DNA of 64,000 nucleotides, from NCBI GenBank assembly GCA_030538315.1, contig JAUNUF010000004.1, positions 7,760 through 71,759 of the forward strand, written 5' to 3'. The stretch comes from Propionibacteriaceae bacterium. GTDB taxonomy: Bacteria > Actinomycetota > Actinomycetes > Propionibacteriales > Propionibacteriaceae. Numbering within the stretch: position 1 is the stretch's first letter; each line of letters starts with the position of its first letter. Below the pieces are notes generated by a model, which was not told the origin of the DNA, searched no databases, and worked only from the letters and a program-made list of their open reading frames with translations. A program made the position numbers and the translations under genes. Below, piece by piece: positions 58,175 through 64,000 of the stretch.

Positions 58175-59260
58175 GTGACGATGACTGACATCTCATATAC
58201 CCCCGGCCCGCTGCTCACAGCAGCACGGAACACCCCCACATGCCTTTGGAATGACTCCTCGGATCTCAACGAGTTGAAGCAATCCATCTCCTTCGGCGGC
58301 GTTGGCGCCACCTGCAATCCAGTGATCGCCTACACCACGATCAAGAACAATCTCGACGACTGGGCGCCTCGCATTCGGGAGATCGCGGCCACCCACCCGA
58401 CGTGGGGCGAGTCCCAGATCGGCTGGCAGGCCGTCAAGGACATGTCCGTTGAGGCCGCTGAACTGCTGCAGGATTGCTTCGTCGAACACAAGGGCCGCAA
58501 CGGCCGCCTCTCCGTCCAGACGGATCCCCGCCTGCACCGCGACGCCAAGGCCCTCGCTGATCAGGCCTTCGAATTCCATGAGTTGGCAGACAACATCGTG
58601 GTGAAGATCCCCGCCACCAAGACGGGGCTGGAAGCCATCGAGGACGCCACGTACCGCGGCGTCAGCATGAACGTGACCGTGTCCTTCACCGTGCCGCAGG
58701 CCGTGCGCTCTGCCGAGGCGATTGAGCGCGGGCTTCAGCGCCGCGAGGCCGAAGGCAAGGACGTCTCCCAGATGGGCCCCGTCGTCACCATCATGGTGGG
58801 CAGGCTCGACGACTGGCTCAAGCACGTCGTCGAACGTGACGGCCTCGACGTGGATCCCGAAGCCCTCGAGTGGGCCGGCATCGCCTGCATGAAGAAGGCG
58901 TACCAGATCTTCCAGGAGCGCGGCTTCCGCTCGCGGCTGCTGTCTGCGGCGTTCCGCAACACCCACCACTGGGCGGCCTTCGTGGGCGGCGACGTGGTGA
59001 TCTCCCCGCCGTTCAAGTGGCAGGAGACCATCAACGCCTCGGATCACGACGGCGCACCCCAGATGGACGAGCCGGTCAAGCAGGAATATCTTGATGAGCT
59101 GATGAAGATCGAGGACTTCCGCCGCGCCTACGACGTGGACGGCCTCAGCCCCGAGGAGTTCGAGGATTTCGGCCCCACCCGCAAGACGCTGCGCCAGTTC
59201 CTGCAGGCTGATGCGGATCTCGATTCCCTGGTCCGCGACGTCATCGTTCCCGCACCCTGA
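58175..59260 (+). CDS. Transaldolase-family protein
   Basis: CLWNDSSD, GATCNP and the Schiff-base lysine context VVKIPATKTG. Confidence 0.8.
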   Translation: MTMTDISYTPGPLLTAARNTPTCLWNDSSDLNELKQSISFGGVGATCNPVIAYTTIKNNLDDWAPRIREIAATHPTWGESQIGWQAVKDMSVEAAELLQDCFVEHKGRNGRLSVQTDPRLHRDAKALADQAFEFHELADNIVVKIPATKTGLEAIEDATYRGVSMNVTVSFTVPQAVRSAEAIERGLQRREAEGKDVSQMGPVVTIMVGRLDDWLKHVVERDGLDVDPEALEWAGIACMKKAYQIFQERGFRSRLLSAAFRNTHHWAAFVGGDVVISPPFKWQETINASDHDGAPQMDEPVKQEYLDELMKIEDFRRAYDVDGLSPEEFEDFGPTRKTLRQFLQADADLDSLVRDVIVPAP

Positions 59261-59279
59261 ACCCCTGAGGACACATCAC

Positions 59280-60281
59280 ATGACTGACAACCTGCTTCGC
59301 GTGGCCATCATCGGAGCCGGCCGCATTGGCCGCGTCCACGCCCAGGCCATCGCCTCCCACCCCCGGGCCAAGCTCGTGCTTGTTTCCGATCCCTTTGGCA
59401 CCGCGGCAGAGGATCTCGCAGCGGCCCATGGCGCCCGCGCCGTCAAGGACGCTGCCGAGGTGTTCGCGGACCCGGAGGTGGACGCCGTCATCATCGGGTC
59501 GCCCACGCCCCTCCACAAGGAACAGGTGCTGGCTGCCACCCGAGCTGGCAAGGCCGTCCTCTGCGAGAAGCCCGTGGCATCGTCCGTGGCTGAGGCTCGG
59601 GAACTTGCGGCCGAGTTGGCGACCTTCGAACACCCGCCGGTCATGGTGGGCTTCCAGCGCCGCTATGACCCGTCGATCAAGCGGGCACGTGATCTCGTCG
59701 TCGCCGGCGAGATCGGCCGCGTCGAGCAGATGACCATCCAGAGCCGAGACCCTGCCGCTCCCCCGGCCAGCTACATCGCATCGTCGGGCGGCATCTTCAA
59801 GGATTGCACCATCCACGATTTCGATCAGGCACGCTTCTTCATGGGCGACATCGCCGAGGTCACCGCGTTCGGGCAGAACAACATCCCCGAACTGGCAGCC
59901 ACGGGTGATTTCGACGGCGCGGTCGTCGTGCTGCGCAGCGTTGACGGCGCCATCGCCTCCATCACCAACAACCGCCACTGCGCTGCCGGCTACGACCAGC
60001 GCATGGAGGTCCATGGCGACGGCGGCTCGCTGTTCGTCGACAACCTGCGCCCCACGTCGGTCACCGTGAACAAGAAGGAGTTCAGCGCGGCTCAGGATCC
60101 GTACCTGGATTACTTCCTTGAGCGCTACGCAGACGCCTACCGCGACGAACTGACTGCCTTCATCGATGCCATCAACGACGGCACGCCGGTGTCGCCTGAT
60201 GTGTCCGACGGGATCATCGCCCTGGTGCTGGCCGAGGCCGCCGAGGAATCTGCGCGGACGGGTCGCCCGGTTCAGGTCTGA
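59280..60281 (+). CDS. iolG: Gfo/Idh/MocA oxidoreductase, inositol 2-dehydrogenase-like (third paralog)
   Basis: VAIIGAGRIGRVHA Rossmann motif and CEKPVA motif. Start is the ATG at 59280. Confidence 0.8.
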   Translation: MTDNLLRVAIIGAGRIGRVHAQAIASHPRAKLVLVSDPFGTAAEDLAAAHGARAVKDAAEVFADPEVDAVIIGSPTPLHKEQVLAATRAGKAVLCEKPVASSVAEARELAAELATFEHPPVMVGFQRRYDPSIKRARDLVVAGEIGRVEQMTIQSRDPAAPPASYIASSGGIFKDCTIHDFDQARFFMGDIAEVTAFGQNNIPELAATGDFDGAVVVLRSVDGAIASITNNRHCAAGYDQRMEVHGDGGSLFVDNLRPTSVTVNKKEFSAAQDPYLDYFLERYADAYRDELTAFIDAINDGTPVSPDVSDGIIALVLAEAAEESARTGRPVQV

Positions 60282-60296
60282 CCCCAATGCAAAACG

Positions 60297-60332
60297 AACA
60301 ACTCCGGCTCAGTTCCCTGAGCCGGAGTTGTT
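60297..60332 (+). terminator. Rho-independent terminator
   Basis: 16-bp perfect stem AACAACTCCGGCTCAG-ttcc-CTGAGCCGGAGTTGTT followed by GTTTGTG. Confidence 0.75.
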
Positions 60333-60466
60333 GTTTGTGCCCCAATCGGGAGGAAACTGTATCCTCGTTCGCTGCCCTGAAATCGTTGATTCCATGCGGA
60401 AGCGATCCTGATCAGGGACTACCAGATTCCAGTGTATCTGTACCTCGGAGCGATGTTCGGGGGCCG

Positions 60467-60823
60467 GTGGTGACGCCGAATGAAACGGCTGGAACCCCCG
60501 TCTCCCCAGAGGCTTTGCAGGAGATGATCGCGGAGTACGAGGCCGGGGCGTCGTTGATCTCGATCGCTACTGCTCGACGGTTAGGTAAGCAGACCGTGAG
60601 CCGTTTGCTCGCCGAAGCCGGGGTACGGATCCGTCGGCAGGGTCTGGACGAGGAGCAGGTAGGGCAGGCAGTCCGCGCGTACCTATCCGGTCAGACGACC
60701 CGTGAGGTCGCGGACGAGCTGGGTGTCGGGCATTCGATGGTCTGGCGGGCACTGAAATCCGCTGGGGTGGAGCTTCGCCCGAACGCTCGACGGGTGGGAC
60801 GTCGCATCAAGCAGGCGGGATGA
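60467..60823 (+). CDS. Double helix-turn-helix protein (resolvase/transposase-type HTH)
   Basis: Two HTH-like units (ASLISIATARRLGKQTVSRLL; QTTREVADELGVGHSMVWRAL). GTG start chosen downstream of the terminator. ATGA overlap with the next ORF. Confidence 0.5.
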   Translation: MVTPNETAGTPVSPEALQEMIAEYEAGASLISIATARRLGKQTVSRLLAEAGVRIRRQGLDEEQVGQAVRAYLSGQTTREVADELGVGHSMVWRALKSAGVELRPNARRVGRRIKQAG

Positions 60824-61308
60824 GAAAGGGGAACATGATGTCGCCTATGGAACTGGCCGGCGAACACCAGGCCGAGCACGCCGCGGTTGCCGGATCGAGG
60901 TACGGGTATGTCCGCACCAACCGGCCTGACGTCGACGTCGAGCAGCAGCATCGTGCGCTGCGCGATGCCGGGCTGCAGGAGCAGGCAATCCTCACGGACT
61001 TCGTGGTGAGCGGAAGGGACACGGCCGCTCAGACGCAGCTTCGCGCGCTGCTGGGCATGGTGCGGGAGGGCGACACGATCGTCATGGATCATCTCTACCG
61101 GCTCGGCCGTGACCCGATCCGTGTCGGCGAGTTGCTCGCGGAGTTGAAGGGACGCGGCGTTGCGATCGAGATCACCGAGCATGCGCTCGAGGGAGAGCTC
61201 CTGCTCGCCGTCTGCGCGCTCGGTATGTGCCCGCCCCACGACTCGGCCCGGTCCCGCCCAGGGCGTGCCCGTGCTGCTCGAGGCGAGGCTCGCCGCGGCG
61301 AAGGCTGA
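60820..61308 (+). CDS. Serine-recombinase (resolvase) catalytic-domain protein, nucleophile position Ser->Asn, C-terminally degraded
   Basis: Collinear with the Tn3/gamma-delta resolvase N-domain (GYVRTN.. vs GYARVS..; LTD...SG; GDTIVMDHLYRLGRD vs GDVILVKKLDRLGRD). No C-terminal HTH. Confidence 0.6.
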   Translation: MRKGNMMSPMELAGEHQAEHAAVAGSRYGYVRTNRPDVDVEQQHRALRDAGLQEQAILTDFVVSGRDTAAQTQLRALLGMVREGDTIVMDHLYRLGRDPIRVGELLAELKGRGVAIEITEHALEGELLLAVCALGMCPPHDSARSRPGRARAARGEARRGEG

Positions 61309-61393
61309 GTACTCGTCTTGCTCGCAGCCCTGTGAGTGGGTCACTTCCGTACCTGTCCTGCGTATCTCAGTTATTCGTAGGGAGGAGCACGTC

Positions 61394-62394
61394 ATGGACG
61401 AAATCAGTGCAGTCAGAGATGAGCGGCTGGCTCGCGTGATGCTCGCGTGCGCGGCGGGGCCTGGAGAGGATCACACGGGCACTCTCGTGCAGTCCATCGG
61501 CGCGGTCGAGACGGTGCGGCTTGCGCTTGCGCCGCAGACGGGTGATCGATCGCTGCACGATCAGTGGCGTGCCTGGGTTGCTCCGCGGCTGAGCCTCGAA
61601 CATGCTCGAGCAGCCGTGGACGCGACCGAGCGGCTCGGCGCCGAGATCCTCATCCCTGGGGATGCGGCATGGCCGGATCGTATGAACGTGCTCGGCGTCC
61701 ACGGGCCGGTCGCCCTCTGGATGCTCGGTGATGCTGCGCGCCTTCAGCAACCGTCCGTGGGGATCATCGGTGCTCGAGCGGCCACGCGCTACGGAACGGA
61801 TATGGCTGGAGACCTCGCTGCAGACGCTGTCAGTAACCATCTCACGGTGGTATCGACGGGCGCGTACGGGATCGCCTCGGCCGCGCACCGTGCGGCGCTG
61901 ATGGAGGGCGGGGCGACGGTGGCGGTGATGCCGGGTGGTCTGGAACATCCGTACCCGAATGGCAACCTGGACATCTTCGAGGAGACGAGCCGATCTGGGG
62001 CGTTGGTGAGTGAGGTTCCGCCTGATGCGGTGCCGACGAAGTGGCGGTTCGAGCAGCAAGGCCGCCTGGTGGCAGCCCTCTCCAACGCGGTGGTCGTTGT
62101 CGAAGCGGGATTCCGATCACGATCACTGATGTACGCCTCGCAAGCCGCCGAGTTCGGTCGGCCCGTCGCAGCCGCCCCGGGCCGGCCACCTCGCCGGCAT
62201 CTGCCGGGTGCCACCGACTGATCCAGACCGGGACTGCCGCACTTGTGACGTCGGAGATCGACATGAGAGTCATGCTGCAGCGCGCGGGAGTGCCTGTGTC
62301 GATCACCCACGCCGCGGAACCCTCGGAACCCTCACCGATGCCGGAGCGTTCGGGATCGGCAGCAGAGCCCGGCCCCGGCTTCTCACCGCGCTGA
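61394..62394 (+). pseudogene. dprA: DNA-processing protein DprA/Smf, interrupted by a frameshift near 62171-62187
   Basis: The frame from ATG 61394 (RBS GGAGGAG) gives the DprA Rossmann core (IIGARAATRYG, VVSTGAYGIASAAHRAAL, AVMPGGLEHPYP). The conserved SAGCHRLIQTGTAALVTS continues in the frame that starts at 62182. Confidence 0.7.
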
Positions 62395-62493
62395 GCCCTA
62401 GACTCCGCAGAGGGCGAGGGGCAGCAGACGAAATCCCGCGGCTCGTACCTGCTCCGTACAGAAAAACGGTCGGCACGAGGGTTCGGCTGATAA

Positions 62494-62973
62494 GTGAAGG
62501 AGATGCGGCATGGAGCGATCCTTGCGCGACGGCTCGAGGACACCTGGACGACGTGCGAGTGGCCGGGCCGCGCTGCGGATCACGAGGTCTGGTTGTCCAT
62601 GTTCGAACTCGCGGGCGTCGACGACGATCGCTATCTGAACGAGACTGAGCTCCGTGACCGTGCGCGGCTGCCGGAAACGCTCCGGGTCTACCGGGCCACC
62701 GCCGAGGGCCATCAGACGGGGTTGTCGTGGACGACGAGCTTCGAACGCGCGCACTGGTTCGCCACTCGCCTGGGCGCGATCGGCGGTCATCCGCATCAGA
62801 TCTACGGGCTCGACGCCCCGCGCGAGGCCGTGCTCGCGTACTTCCACGCCACCCGCGGCGAGCACGAGTACGTCATCGACACTGGTCGGATCGACCCGAC
62901 CATGCCGGATCTCGTCGACCCCGGTGAATGGGATCGCCTGCTCGAGCCCTACCTCACAGGCAGCGACGGCTGA
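62494..62973 (+). CDS. Hypothetical protein (159 aa), no recognised family
   Basis: Good coding bias. Start is ambiguous (GTG 62494 / ATG 62503). Confidence 0.5.
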   Translation: MKEMRHGAILARRLEDTWTTCEWPGRAADHEVWLSMFELAGVDDDRYLNETELRDRARLPETLRVYRATAEGHQTGLSWTTSFERAHWFATRLGAIGGHPHQIYGLDAPREAVLAYFHATRGEHEYVIDTGRIDPTMPDLVDPGEWDRLLEPYLTGSDG

Positions 62974-62981
62974 TCGGGCAG

Positions 62982-63341
62982 TTACGGGTGCGGTGCCGGT
63001 TCTACCGGTGCTGCACTGTTTCGTTTGCGTGCGCGGGCTTCCTGCGCGCGCACGCGGACGAGGAGGACGAGTCTGACGGGGCCGATCCAGAGGAACTTCA
63101 GCCCGTTCCACAGCAGCAGGAGGAACAGCAGGTAGAGCGCCTTGTTCCAGCCCTGGTCGATGAGCGTGATGCAGACGGCCGCGAGGAAGATGTATGCGCC
63201 GCCGAGGAACATCGCGGGGATGCCCCATTTGAGGCCTCGGCGGTTGCGGATCTTGTCGAGGAGGACGTTCGTGGGCATCCGGCGGCGCAAGAAGCTGCGG
63301 GTGCAGACGCTCGCATTCCACAGGCCCTGGATGAGAGTCAT
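62982..63341 (-). CDS. Small membrane protein (119 aa, 2 predicted TM helices)
   Basis: Start is the ATG at 63341 (MTLIQGLW...). Hydrophobic helices GIPAMFLGGAYIFLAAVCITLI and ALYLLFLLLLWNGLKFLWIGPV, with a basic tail. Confidence 0.5.
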   Translation of the reverse strand: MTLIQGLWNASVCTRSFLRRRMPTNVLLDKIRNRRGLKWGIPAMFLGGAYIFLAAVCITLIDQGWNKALYLLFLLLLWNGLKFLWIGPVRLVLLVRVRAQEARARKRNSAAPVEPAPHP

Positions 63342-63616
63342 GATCGCCTCACTTTCACACGGGAGCACTCTCGGTGCGGCGGGTCCTGTGTAGTGAGTGC
63401 CCCGAGACTTCTCTGGGCGGTCTGCTCTGCCCGACATCGGGCCTCGCGCGTGGTCTGTCCTGCCACTTCTCAGTCTACGCCCGACGCGTTTCTTGCGGAA
63501 GAAGGACGTTAAGGAGCTCGTCGCTCGTTTGGTGACTAGCTCGAACTCAAGGCGCACGTCTTAGTTTCTGGCGCGCGCTTAGCCTCGCTTGGACAGTCTT
63601 ATGTGCATGGTGCTGG

Positions 63617-64000
63617 TCAGTAGTTGCATTCAACTTCGACTGCACCAGCGCCGGAGTCGTCAGCCCCGTCGAACCACGCGACAACGTACTTCACGCTGCT
63701 GTCGTCGTGTCGGTAGGTGAACACTGCGGGTTGCGGATAGTCACCGACATGGATCTGTCTGCCATCCGCGATGATCTCAGTACCGCCCCAGGTGAACTGC
63801 ACGGCCCCCGCTGCTTGGAATGTGCCGGTTCCTTCGTGCAGCAGTTCTTCAGGCGTGGTGAAAATCTTGATCTGCGACTCACCCGCCCCACCTACCGGGC
63901 CACCACTTCCTTCTACGAGTATGTAGTCTGCGCCGACGTAACAGTGCTCCGCGACATACTCGAAGTTTTGGTGCTCCGTGCCGCCAGTCCAACTCAACGT
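63617..64000 (-). CDS. Hypothetical protein, C-terminal part (5' end outside window)
   Basis: The ORF is open to the window edge in a lower-GC region. No recognised motif. Confidence 0.45.
   Translation of the reverse strand, partial: TLSWTGGTEHQNFEYVAEHCYVGADYILVEGSGGPVGGAGESQIKIFTTPEELLHEGTGTFQAAGAVQFTWGGTEIIADGRQIHVGDYPQPAVFTYRHDDSSVKYVVAWFDGADDSGAGAVEVECNY

Larger units (their letters stand above)
60340..64000. mobile_element. Lower-GC accessory region, probable decayed integrative/mobile element (continues beyond window)
   Basis: GC visibly drops after the terminator. Contains an HTH protein, a resolvase catalytic-domain remnant, a frameshifted dprA and orphan genes. No intact integrase or att site is visible. 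Confidence 0.4.

Noticed and set aside
60281-60470. tRNA gene or att site at the boundary of the lower-GC segment.
   Set aside because: No cloverleaf-compatible sequence or GTTCGAATC-like T-arm was seen by eye. The only structure is the terminator hairpin. The other island end is outside the window, so direct repeats cannot be paired.
62494-62973. R-S-E type ADP-ribosyltransferase signature (YR at LRVYRAT, SWTTS as an STS-like motif, EHE as ExE).
   Set aside because: The Arg-to-STS spacing is only ~12 residues, versus ~30-40 as I recall for known R-S-E toxins, and motif matches of this kind are frequent by chance. It is kept only as something a profile or structure search could test.

Overview
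High-GC (about 65-70%) actinobacterial chromosomal window. It is densely coded, with many ATGA/GTGA/TTGA start-stop overlaps, and contains no rRNA, tRNA or CRISPR. In order: (1) 1-7.1 kb holds a GH1 3' fragment, a DUF1707/LiaF-like gene with a YdbS/YdbT PH-domain pair, ppgK, a GNAT gene and argS. (2) 7.1-14.2 kb is a LacI-controlled GH42 beta-galactosidase and CUT1 ABC operon. (3) 14.2-15.8 kb is a hipBA toxin-antitoxin module. (4) 15.8-29.6 kb holds an FGGY kinase, ugd, pgi and a cell-envelope cluster (CAP-domain protein, LCP, VanZ, an SGNH-VWA-PKD exoprotein and an SH3b-M15 hydrolase). (5) 29.6-40.3 kb is a sialidase plus a sialic-acid island (nanE-nanK-nanA, an Opp-type ABC importer, a GntR regulator). 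(6) 40.4-44.7 kb is a GH29 fucosidase and CUT1 ABC operon. (7) 44.9-60.3 kb is a large inositol (iol) catabolic cluster with a ribose-type ABC importer. (8) 60.3-64 kb is a lower-GC decayed mobile-element-like region (HTH protein, resolvase domain lacking its serine nucleophile, frameshifted dprA, unknown genes). Most notable observations: the nan island is bracketed by inverted copies of one hairpin-bearing repeat family that reaches into the last codons of both end genes. A cysteine-containing tandem-repeat C-terminal module is shared by two unrelated exoproteins. A G15/C13 homopolymer pair sits in an intergenic region. A TTGTCAnTACAA motif recurs in four promoter regions of the iol and fucosidase operons, with no regulator gene inside the iol cluster. 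All functional calls come from motif recognition by eye; no database search was run.
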